Under the pieces are notes generated by a model. That model made no database searches. It saw only the letters and a list, made by a program, of their open reading frames with translations, and was not told the DNA's origin. Below, in pieces: positions 48,501 to 56,330 of a DNA stretch of 64,000 bases (within the stretch, counting starts at the first letter, position 1; every line of letters starts with the position of its first letter). Both the position numbers and the translations under genes were made by a program. Source of the stretch: Chloroflexota bacterium (lineage in GTDB: Bacteria; Chloroflexota; Dehalococcoidia; Lucifugimonadales; Lucifugimonadaceae); the NCBI GenBank assembly GCA_022574675.1, contig JACZRO010000002.1, positions 8,529-72,528 of the forward strand, read 5' to 3'.

Positions 48501-48687
48501 CGGTAGGTTTTTGCTACTCCGCGGGGCGGCTGTGTTGTCGTGAAACGCCCTTCGATTTGTCCCGGGCGCGCGCAAAACGACCGGGGCGATTACATTCGCA
48601 ATCCGCACCCGGAAGTGGTGCCAAATCATAGCACGGGCCATGCTTAGTCCGGGCTTCTGGCCATCCGGGATTCTGGCTGCGCGCGAT

Positions 48688-49524
48688 TCAATCTTCTCGC
48701 AACCACCCGTACTCAAGCGCCATGGTCGCCGCCTGCGCGCGGCTTCGCGTTCCCATCTTTTTGAACACCATGGACAGGTAGTTTTTGACGGTCTGTTCAG
48801 ACAGGTCAAGGCGTCGCGCGATCTCCCGGTTCTTCACACCATCGGCCACCATGCGCAACATGCGCACCTCGCGCTCGCTGAGCGGGCTGGGCGGGCTCGA
48901 AGCGGGGGCACGGCTCCAGGCGTCTCGCAACAGGGAGAGGATTGCAGAGGCAGCGCCCGTACGCAGCGCGGCCGCCTGGAGAATCGGGCACCGTCCTTCC
49001 GAGACTTCACGTACGACACCGGCGAGGATCACGTGCGCCTCGCTTTCAGGCACCGCGGCCCAGGCGCCCACCGCAACGGCCGAGAAGAGCGCCTCGTCGC
49101 TATCGTCGGGGACGATCGCGATAAGCCTGGCCCCCGAGGCGCGGAGCGTTTCAAACGGGATCTCGGGATCGTCCGGCGCGCCGAGCCGCGCGATCACCGG
49201 CTCGTCGCGGCCGATCTTCTCCGGGACGACGGGCCAGACAGGGGCCACCGCCCATGCCTGCAAATGGGCGGACAGCTCCCAGGCGTGTTCCGCGTCAAGC
49301 GCCAGGTGCGCCCGGATCGGCGGACGTTCCTCGCGTTCCTCCTCGGGCATCCCCGGGAGCATGGGCGCTTGTTGACCGGACCGCCTTAAAGGCACCTCGT
49401 TCGTAACCGCCATCCAGAGGAATCCGCGACGCGTCGATTCCAGACCGCGCCGCATCTGAAGGGATAAGAGAAACGGCAGGGTCAAACACGCCGGGCCGAA
49501 CACCAACGTTGAGGAGACTATCAA
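48688..49524 (-). CDS. LuxR-family transcriptional regulator (C-terminal HTH; degenerate receiver-like N-terminus)
   Basis: [44 protein letters not shown]. The true start is uncertain; internal ATGs at 49413 and 49362 are possible. Confidence 0.7.
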   Translation of the reverse strand: MIVSSTLVFGPACLTLPFLLSLQMRRGLESTRRGFLWMAVTNEVPLRRSGQQAPMLPGMPEEEREERPPIRAHLALDAEHAWELSAHLQAWAVAPVWPVVPEKIGRDEPVIARLGAPDDPEIPFETLRASGARLIAIVPDDSDEALFSAVAVGAWAAVPESEAHVILAGVVREVSEGRCPILQAAALRTGAASAILSLLRDAWSRAPASSPPSPLSEREVRMLRMVADGVKNREIARRLDLSEQTVKNYLSMVFKKMGTRSRAQAATMALEYGWLRED

Positions 49525-49623
49525 CCGGATTATGCGATTTCCCGCATTCTGGATGCATCCCGGCGAAGACGCCTCAACGTAGAATCAAGATGAACCTCCA
49601 GGCCATACGGCCGGGAGGCAGAG

Positions 49624-50532
49624 TTGGAACAGTCAATGGAAATCACCGCGATAAGTCAGCCCCCGGTATGGAGAGGTTATCTCTGGCCGGCGCTGCTCAC
49701 GCTCTCCGTACTCGGGTTTGCTGCGATCGCCGGATTCATCTGGCGAGACGGCGGTGTTGTCACCGCGAACATACTCAGCCTCCAGGGTCAATCCGAGGGC
49801 CAGGTCAGCGCCCTTAGCAGCATCATCCCCCTGGGATTCGCGTTCACGGTCGGCATGGTCGCCACGCTCAACCCCTGCGGCTTCGTGATGTTGCCCGCCT
49901 ACCTTGGTCTGTACATCGGCACCGACGACGGCGACAATTCCGTCAAACTCGGTCGCCGGATGGTCAGCGCCGGAAGCGTGAGCATGTCCGTCGGTCTCGG
50001 TTTCATCGTGTTGTTCGGCGCAGTTGGGCTGATCATCACCTCCGTGACGACCTCGATCGTGCAGTACTTTGACTGGGTCGGGCTGGGCGTCGGGATCATC
50101 ATGGGTGGCACGGCGATGTACGTCCTGGCGGGCGGAAAGCTGTACAACAGGTTCGCAGCCAACACCTCGGCCAAGATCGGTGACCCGCGCGACAGCACGC
50201 TTGTCGGATACTTCCTGTTCGGGATCAGTTACGCCGTAGCATCGCTCGGCTGCACGCTTCCGCTGTTCCTGGCGGTCGTGGCCAGCTCAGCTACGGGGAG
50301 TTTCCTGTTCGGGGCCTCGCAATTCGTCTCTTACGCCCTGGGCATGACGTTTATCTTCGCGGTGCTGACCCTGAGCGTCGCCCTGTTCAAGGGCGTGATG
50401 GTCAAATGGATGCGCAAGGCGATGCCATACGTCCAGCCTGCGTCGGCGGTGCTCCTGCTCCTCGCAGGCGCTTACCTGATCTTCTACTGGCTGACGGTCG
50501 GGGGCCTCGCGGACGTTATCGCCCAGGCATGA
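49624..50532 (+). CDS. Cytochrome c biogenesis CcdA/DsbD-type transmembrane thiol-disulfide transporter
   Basis: Polytopic. VATLNPCGFVMLPAYLG and a second Cys-containing helix (VASLGCTLPLF). Confidence 0.75.
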   Translation: MEQSMEITAISQPPVWRGYLWPALLTLSVLGFAAIAGFIWRDGGVVTANILSLQGQSEGQVSALSSIIPLGFAFTVGMVATLNPCGFVMLPAYLGLYIGTDDGDNSVKLGRRMVSAGSVSMSVGLGFIVLFGAVGLIITSVTTSIVQYFDWVGLGVGIIMGGTAMYVLAGGKLYNRFAANTSAKIGDPRDSTLVGYFLFGISYAVASLGCTLPLFLAVVASSATGSFLFGASQFVSYALGMTFIFAVLTLSVALFKGVMVKWMRKAMPYVQPASAVLLLLAGAYLIFYWLTVGGLADVIAQA

Positions 50533-50661
50533 AGGATCCGGTCATCCCGGCCGGATTAACGGAAACGGATGAGAAGGCCGCCCCGATCTGATCGAGGCGG
50601 CCTTCTCGCGTGGGCGTCCGCGGGCCTTAAAGAGAGAGTTCGCGGGCCGGGAGCCGGGCTG

Positions 50662-51408
50662 CTACGCCACCACGTTCCTGAGTTCGCCGAGGCCATCGAT
50701 CGCTGTCACCAGCGTGTCTCCGGGTTGCAGGCGCGATGTCACGCCGGAAGTACCCGTGAAGACGATGTCCCCCGGCTCCAGGGTGTTCGTCTGCGAGATG
50801 AAAGAGAGGCACTCCTGCGTGTTGAATATCATCTCTTCCGTGTTGCAGTTCTGGACCTCCTCGCCGTTTACGGTGACGACGATGGACTTGCCGTTCGGGT
50901 CGTAGTCGGTCTCTATGTACGGGCCGATGGGCGAGAATGAGTCACTTCCCTTGGCGCGCCACCATGACGTGTCGCCAGACTGCCACTCCCGCGCGCTGAT
51001 GTCGTGGCCGATGGTGTATCCAAGGACGTAGCTCAATGCGTCGCCGGCCGACACCCTGCGCATGCGACGGCCGATCACGACGACCATCTCGCCCTCTTCG
51101 TCCACCTTGCCGGCCTTCGCCGGGAGGACGACCGTGGAGTCGGGTCCCACGATAGAGCTGGACGGCTTGAGAAACGGTTCGGGCTGCGTGGGCGCCGGGG
51201 CGCCGCCCGTGTGAGAGTGGAAGTTGACCGCCATCGCGTACACATCGCCGGGCGCGATCGGCGCAAGCAACTGGACCGAGGAAAGCGACGCGCTGGCGCC
51301 GGTCTCGGTGTACCGGCCGGTCGGCGGGCCGGAGATCTCGATCACGGTGTCCCCGTCGAGAATTCCGTGTGTGGCGTGGCCTCCGGCCGAGTACCTGACA
51401 AATTTCAT
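50662..51408 (-). CDS. Fumarylacetoacetate hydrolase (FAH) family protein
   Basis: MKFVRY..., EGEMVVVIG, GYTIGHDISAR, GDIVFTGT. ATG 51408 is preceded by AGGAGAG. Confidence 0.85.
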   Translation of the reverse strand: MKFVRYSAGGHATHGILDGDTVIEISGPPTGRYTETGASASLSSVQLLAPIAPGDVYAMAVNFHSHTGGAPAPTQPEPFLKPSSSIVGPDSTVVLPAKAGKVDEEGEMVVVIGRRMRRVSAGDALSYVLGYTIGHDISAREWQSGDTSWWRAKGSDSFSPIGPYIETDYDPNGKSIVVTVNGEEVQNCNTEEMIFNTQECLSFISQTNTLEPGDIVFTGTSGVTSRLQPGDTLVTAIDGLGELRNVVA

Positions 51409-51645
51409 TCGTGCTCTCCTGAAGAGTCGACCCACCTCGCGGGGACGGCGCCCGGACCAGGGGTCGTTTGGCGGGATGTAAACAGGCGGGCGCAAGTGTA
51501 CGTCCGGGCCCGGACCGTCGCCAACGGAAGCGCACTAGACTGATCGCCGTCCCCGGATGGTCTCTGGATGGTCATGGCCTGATTCGTCCCCGAGTCGTGA
51601 TGGGAAGACAAACCCGCTGATGAGTGATTTTGTTGGAGTGCCCGC

Positions 51646-53256
51646 ATGTTCGACCTGTTGATCAAGAACGGCACCGTCCTGGACGGCACGGGCGCGCCCG
51701 GCTATGCCGCCGACATCGGGATCTCGGGCGACAGCATCACGGTCGTCGGCGACCTGGACGGTGAGGCGGCCCGGAATTCAACCAGGACGATCGATGCGTC
51801 CGGGCGCGTGGTGACTCCCGGGTTCATCGATCTTCACTGTCACAGCGACATGTCGTTCCTGATCGACCCGCTCGCCGATTCAAAGTTGACGCAGGGCGTG
51901 ACGCTGGAACTCAATGGCAACTGCGGCATGAGCCCCTGCGCTCCGCTACAGTCCAAAGCGGCCCGGGAAGCGCTTGAAAGCCGTTTCTTCACGGCCGGCG
52001 CGGAGTTCAGCCCGGACTGGACCGACTTCGCCGGATACCTGGACGCCCAGGAACGTGCGGAGGGCGTGATCAACCAGGCGTTCCAGGTCGGCCACGGCAC
52101 TGTGCGCACCAACGTCCTCGGCATGGACGCCCGGGCGCCGACGATCGACGAGATGGAGCAGATGAAGCGGCTGGTGGCGGAGAGCATCGACGCCGGGGCG
52201 ATGGGCTTCGCGACCGGGCTGTTCTACGCGCCCGGGAGCTACTCGCTCACCGACGAGGTGGTGCAGCTGGCGCAGGAGGCCGCTGACCGCGGGGTGCTGT
52301 ACTCGAGCCATATCCGGTCGGAGTCGAACGATAGCGTCGGGCTGCACGTCGCGGTGAACGAGGCGATCGAGATCGGCCGCCGCACGGGCGGTCGCATCCA
52401 GATGTCACACGTCAAGGTAAAAGGCCCGTTCACCTGGGGCCGGGCCGACGAGGTCCTGGACCTGCAGGCGCGTGCCCGGCGTGAGGGTATCGACGTCGCC
52501 GGCGACCAGTACCCGTATGTTGCGTCGAGCACCTCGCTAACCGGAGGGTTGTTCCCGCGCTGGGCGCTGGTGGGCGGGCGGACCGCCACGCTGGAGATGA
52601 TGGACGACTCAGATCTCCGGGCGCGCTTGCGAGACGGCATCGACTGGAACATCAAGAGCTTCATGGGCTCTCCCGACCGTGTTCTTCTAGCCGCGTACGG
52701 GCCGGACCGAAGTCGCGAGGGTCAACGGTTGAACGAGATCGCGGACGACATGGGGTGTGAGCCAGCGGAGGCGGCGATCAGGCTTTACGAAGGGGCCGAG
52801 GCGTCTATCGTCCAGTTTTCGTTGCACGAAGACGATGTAGATCTGATCGCCCGCGACCCGTTCATCGCCGTCGCCTCCGATGGCAACTCGGTGCGCTCGG
52901 AAGGCCCGTTGTCGAGCGGCAAGCCCCACCCTCGTTCATACGGGACGTTCCCGCGTTACCTGGCAGAGATGCACCGGGATAAAGGCCTGGTTTCGCTAGA
53001 GGAGGCCGTGCGCAAGATGTGCGCATTGCCGGCGTCTCGGCTGCGTCTGACTCGACGGGGCCGGATCGCGCCCGGCTGTTTCGCGGACGTGGTGGTGTTC
53101 AACCCGGACACCGTACAGGACCGCGCCACTTTCACAGACCCGCACCAGTACACGACGGGGATCGACGCCGTCGTGGTCAACGGGCAGATCGCGCTGGAGG
53201 ACGGGTCGCCGACCGGGGTCCGGGCCGGGCGGGTGGTGCGGTCCGCAGACGGCTAG
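51646..53256 (+). CDS. N-acyl-D-amino-acid deacylase (D-aminoacylase) family amidohydrolase
   Basis: MFDLLIKNGTVLDGTG..., PGFIDLHCHSD, ...ADVVVFNPDTV... Confidence 0.85.
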   Translation: MFDLLIKNGTVLDGTGAPGYAADIGISGDSITVVGDLDGEAARNSTRTIDASGRVVTPGFIDLHCHSDMSFLIDPLADSKLTQGVTLELNGNCGMSPCAPLQSKAAREALESRFFTAGAEFSPDWTDFAGYLDAQERAEGVINQAFQVGHGTVRTNVLGMDARAPTIDEMEQMKRLVAESIDAGAMGFATGLFYAPGSYSLTDEVVQLAQEAADRGVLYSSHIRSESNDSVGLHVAVNEAIEIGRRTGGRIQMSHVKVKGPFTWGRADEVLDLQARARREGIDVAGDQYPYVASSTSLTGGLFPRWALVGGRTATLEMMDDSDLRARLRDGIDWNIKSFMGSPDRVLLAAYGPDRSREGQRLNEIADDMGCEPAEAAIRLYEGAEASIVQFSLHEDDVDLIARDPFIAVASDGNSVRSEGPLSSGKPHPRSYGTFPRYLAEMHRDKGLVSLEEAVRKMCALPASRLRLTRRGRIAPGCFADVVVFNPDTVQDRATFTDPHQYTTGIDAVVVNGQIALEDGSPTGVRAGRVVRSADG

Positions 53257-53332
53257 CGTCCCGGGTGATTCAGGAACGGCCGGGCACGCACGCGGCGTGC
53301 ATGGGCGCCCGAAACGTGACTCGCAAGGCGAA

Positions 53333-53548
53333 TCAGCCAGCGCCGGACAACGCCTCACTCTGTTTTGGCGGGCAGCGGCGGTCCGCGTAGGAGCAAAAGA
53401 CGCAGCATTCGCCTTCCTTCGGCCGGAGCAGCTCGCCGCACGACGTGCAGTCGTAGAACACCTGTCAGGTGTCGGCCGGCATTGTCTCCCGTTTCGCGGC
53501 GCCACAGGCCGGACAGGTCAGTACGGCTTCCAGAAATATCTTCGGCAT
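53333..53548 (-). CDS. GDCCVxC-type small Cys-rich protein with in-frame TGA at codon 28 (53465..53467); candidate selenoprotein
   Basis: Hand translation: MPKIFLEAVLTCPACGAAKRETMPADT[TGA]QVFYDCTSCGELLRPKEGECCVFCSYADRRCPPKQSEALSGAG*. Not in the ORF track because of the TGA. Confidence 0.7.
53440..53454 (-). other. SECIS-like hairpin 10 nt downstream of TGA 53465..53467
   Basis: mRNA ACGAC-UGCAC-GUCGU. Confidence 0.35.
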
Positions 53549-53635
53549 CGTCTCGTTCCCTCTTGCCGGTCTCCGTTGCCGGGCCGGGGAGTTGTTGTTC
53601 ATAGCTGGTGGTTAGAGGGCGGCCGTTCGCGCGCC

Positions 53636-54349
53636 TCAGCAGTCACACGCGATCTCGTCATCTGGGTCGCCGACCCTCTCCTCCGCGTCAACTCGCCACA
53701 TGGTGCCGATGAGCCGGCCGCCGGACGTCGCGACCAGGATGCGATCGACGTTACGCGCCTGCATCCGTTCCAGAATCGGCGCCGCCTCGGCGTCTGGGCG
53801 GGATGTGGTCGGGCCGAGCTCCATGATGTCCTCGACGACAGCTGCGGGGTCGCCCGCCAGCGCCGGAGCACGCAGCCGGCCGAGGATGATCCGTTGTTCG
53901 TTGACGACAATGCACTGGTCCTGGTTCGCGGCGCGCGCGCGCTCGGCCGCATCTCCGACGGTATCCTCCAGCGCGCAGGTCACGTCGTCCGTCCGAGCCA
54001 CGTCAGCAGCCCGGAGGACGGGCATTGCGTCGCCCTCGCGCGGCAATCCTGCGGCGAACCAGTCCGCCTTTCCCGCCTCGTAGTCATATACGTTTGTAAA
54101 GCCAAGGGATTCAAGCCGCGCCGCGGCTCGTAGACTCATGTCTCAAGTCGCGTCGTGTCAGTACAGGACGACCGGGCGGGCGCGATCGAGGACGGCCGCG
54201 GTGTCCCGGTTGAGCTTCTTGAGGGGGAGGTTGATGGCGCCGGGCAGACGGCCCTCGGCGTACTCGCGGGCCGGGAGCACGTCGACGAGCTGGGTATCCT
54301 CATCGTCGAGCATTCTCTGAAGTTCATCTCGTGAAACCGTCGTTGGCAT
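53636..54349 (-). CDS. Rhodanese-domain + CBS-pair protein with two in-frame TGA codons (54158..54160 and 54143..54145) in the active-site loop; candidate di-selenocysteine protein
   Basis: Track ORFs 54158..54349 and 53636..54139 are in one frame. Read-through gives ...DRARPVVLY[TGA]HDAT[TGA][34 protein letters not shown]..., followed by a CBS pair. Confidence 0.7.
54114..54128 (-). other. SECIS-like hairpin 14 nt downstream of the second TGA (29 nt from the first)
   Basis: mRNA AGCCG-CGGCG-CGGCU. Confidence 0.35.
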
Positions 54350-54382
54350 TCGATTTTCCTTCCAATCAGGCCCATCGCCGCG

Positions 54383-54925
54383 TCAGATCGCTTCTTCTAT
54401 GTACTGCGCCAATCGGTCGTACCCCACCGGGGGGCCGCTGTAGACCACTCGATGGTCACGGTCCAGCACTACCGTGTGTCCGAGAACCCGTACCCGGAAA
54501 TCCGAGACGAGTTTCCCGTCCGGCGCCACAGCCCAGGACACGTCGGCCGCCCCTTTAGACCGCCAGTACTGGACCCAGCTTTGTAGTGGATCCCCGTAGA
54601 TGTCGATCGCTACCGTTCGCAGCCCCTCGCTTCGATACTTCTCTTGAAGCGCCCCGAGGACTGGAGCCTCCAGTCCGCATGTCGGTCAGCCAACGAACGA
54701 AAAATAGATGACGAGCGGCCGGTCGGCATGGTCCACGAGGCGGAACTCGGACATCTCCAGGGTCCCTTCACCCACCGCGTCGGCGACCTGAATCGAAAAC
54801 TCCGGAGAGGGCGGCCGGCCGGAGACCAGTTCTTCTGAGGTTCTCTCCGAGCTTTGGCAGGCGATGGTCGCGATCATTCCGATTACGACCACCGCGCCTA
54901 TAAATGGCAAGCGGATCAATCTCAC
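54383..54925 (-). CDS. TlpA/ResA-like thioredoxin-fold protein (signal/lipoprotein-like N-terminus) with in-frame TGA (54686..54688) at the first Cys of CxxC; candidate selenoprotein
   Basis: Read-through gives ...DRPLVIYFSFVG[TGA]PTCGLEAPVLGALQEKYRSEGLRTVAIDIYGDPLQSWVQYWRSKGAADVSWAVAPDGKLVSDFRVRVLGHTVVLDRDHRVVYSG...*. N-terminus MRLIRLPFIGAVVVIGMIATIAC. Confidence 0.7.
54658..54676 (-). other. SECIS-like hairpin 9 nt downstream of TGA 54686..54688
   Basis: mRNA GGACUGGA-GGC-UCCAGUCC (8-bp perfect stem; or 7 bp with loop AGGCU). Confidence 0.45.
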
Positions 54926-55095
54926 CGGCTCTGCTCTTCCCCCGCCGTCAACTCCGGCGCGGGCTTCTCCGCGTCGCGTAAATCAAGCTCGGTCTCGTCA
55001 CCCTCGTGAGCCCTCGATCTCAGTCCTCTGACGGCGACCACCGCCGCAATGGCGATCGGTATGCAACATACCGCTGCGGCTAGAAAAAAAGGCAC
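54922..55095 (-). CDS. Small single-pass membrane protein with a vicinal Cys pair in the TM helix
   Basis: GTG 55095 preceded by GGGGGA. (M)PFFLAAAVCCIPIAIAAVVAVRGLRSRAHEGDETELDLRDAEKPAPELTAGEEQSR*. Its stop overlaps the GTG start of the next gene (GTGA). Not in the ORF track. Confidence 0.45.
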   Translation of the reverse strand: MPFFLAAAVCCIPIAIAAVVAVRGLRSRAHEGDETELDLRDAEKPAPELTAGEEQSR

Positions 55096-55139
55096 CTGTC
55101 ATCCCCCTAAAGTTCCCGTGTCCTCAGTCCAACTGGCGT

Positions 55140-55811
55140 TCAGGCGTACTTCAACAAGGAAGCCCAGGCTTGCTTTCCGAGATCGAACGCATCCGGCAAC
55201 GATAGGAAGACGACTTTCATGTCCCTGCCCTCGGACCACTCTTTTGCCTCAGCCTGATTCGCAAAGAAATGGACTTGCTGGCAGAACGTCATGTAGATGG
55301 ACTCGATAGAACTTCCGTCATCGCCTGCCGGGTCCAGCATGATCATGGATACGACGGCATCCGGGTGACTGCTCGACGACACGCCCTCCGGCGTGACGGT
55401 CAACGTGATCGACTCTCCCGATGACGGAGAATTGGATACGACCAGGGCTTCTTTGCCGAGGGCCGGCGGCAGGAACAACGAATCCCACGCGCACCAGGTA
55501 CTCAGTCGAACGCCGGATACGGTGAACTGGTGCGGGTGCTCGTTGAGCGACAGGCCCGCTACACCGAGGATGTTGTCGTCATCATCTCGTTCAGATATCT
55601 CCCGTACGAACGCCTCGGCGGCATCTCGATCCACGCCCAGGGCGTCGGAGATCTCGGAAACGTCGGCCGGCCGGATCGGATCGCCTTCGGCCAACCGTCG
55701 CCATATTGCGATCAGAACCCGGGCGTCGTCGGATCCAAACAAAGGCGGTATGCCGGCGGAGTTCAGATTTTCGGCGATTTCTCCGATGGTCAGCTGCGTG
55801 TTGGTCGTCAT
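55140..55811 (-). CDS. merB: Organomercurial (alkylmercury) lyase MerB
   Basis: LSTWCAWDSLFLPPALGKEALVVSNSPSSGESITLTVTP and TFCQQVHFFANQAEAKEW align with the MerB catalytic regions (YAWCALDTLIFPALIG... / SFCCHVHFFAS...). The Cys-Asp-Cys triad is conserved. Confidence 0.85.
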   Translation of the reverse strand: MTTNTQLTIGEIAENLNSAGIPPLFGSDDARVLIAIWRRLAEGDPIRPADVSEISDALGVDRDAAEAFVREISERDDDDNILGVAGLSLNEHPHQFTVSGVRLSTWCAWDSLFLPPALGKEALVVSNSPSSGESITLTVTPEGVSSSSHPDAVVSMIMLDPAGDDGSSIESIYMTFCQQVHFFANQAEAKEWSEGRDMKVVFLSLPDAFDLGKQAWASLLKYA

Positions 55812-55858
55812 TTCACGATTCTCTGTTGTTTACTCGCCTGTTAGCGCGTTTCTTTGTC

Positions 55859-56215
55859 TTACCGGAGCGTCTGGCAGGCGATGACCTGCTCGGCGTTATC
55901 TGCCAGCACTTGCTCTGCGCCTCGGAGGAGGTCCGCTACGCGGTCATCTCCGATGGAATAGATCACTCTCTTGCCGTCGCGCACGGACGCCACGAGCCCG
56001 CACCACTTGAGACAGGCGAGGTGCGTCGAAATCCTGCTCTGGGACCCTCCTGTGCCTTCCACGAGTTCGCCCACGCTTTGCGGGCCTTCGTCCAGAAGAA
56101 GTTTCAATATTCGGACCCGGGTAGGATCGCCGAGCGCCCGGAAGAACTTGGCCAGCAGGTCGGCTTGAGCCGCCAACAATTCCTGCGTGCGCTCTCGAGT
56201 TAGCGTTGTGGTCAT
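55859..56215 (-). CDS. ArsR/SmtB-family metalloregulator
   Basis: FFRALGDPTRVRILKLLLDEGPQSVGELVEGTGGSQSRISTHLACLKWCGLV. The Cys pair in the recognition helix region is a possible metal site. Confidence 0.85.
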   Translation of the reverse strand: MTTTLTRERTQELLAAQADLLAKFFRALGDPTRVRILKLLLDEGPQSVGELVEGTGGSQSRISTHLACLKWCGLVASVRDGKRVIYSIGDDRVADLLRGAEQVLADNAEQVIACQTLR

Positions 56216-56233
56216 AGTTCACTTCCATGTATT

Positions 56234-56284
56234 CGCAATTGCGGATATGAGGTACATGATGACCCAGAATTGCGATTGACGCAA
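56234..56284. promoter_or_regulatory. Candidate operator palindromes upstream of the ArsR-family gene
   Basis: CGCAATTGCG (56234..56243, perfect palindrome) and TTGCG-attga-CGCAA (56270..56284). Both contain AATTGCG. Confidence 0.3.
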
Positions 56285-56330
56285 GCGCGATCGAATTGGA
56301 GGCAGACGCTTGTCTGACGGACCAATGGCG

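Noticed and set aside
48501-48687. Possible extended -10 promoter (TGCTATGAT) upstream of rpsB.
   Set aside because: It is plausible, but there is no convincing -35 element and several alternatives exist in the same 190 nt. The evidence is too weak to list as a feature.
47205-48809. 534-aa ORF suggesting an N-terminally extended S2.
   Set aside because: The first 103 codons are Arg/Trp/Cys-rich non-protein-like sequence overlapping the LuxR-family gene region. The conserved S2 N-terminus starts at ATG 48500.
53297-54133. 278-aa plus-strand ORF across the island.
   Set aside because: It is antisense to the GDCCVxC and rhodanese-CBS genes. The opposite strand gives clear family matches once the TGAs are read through.
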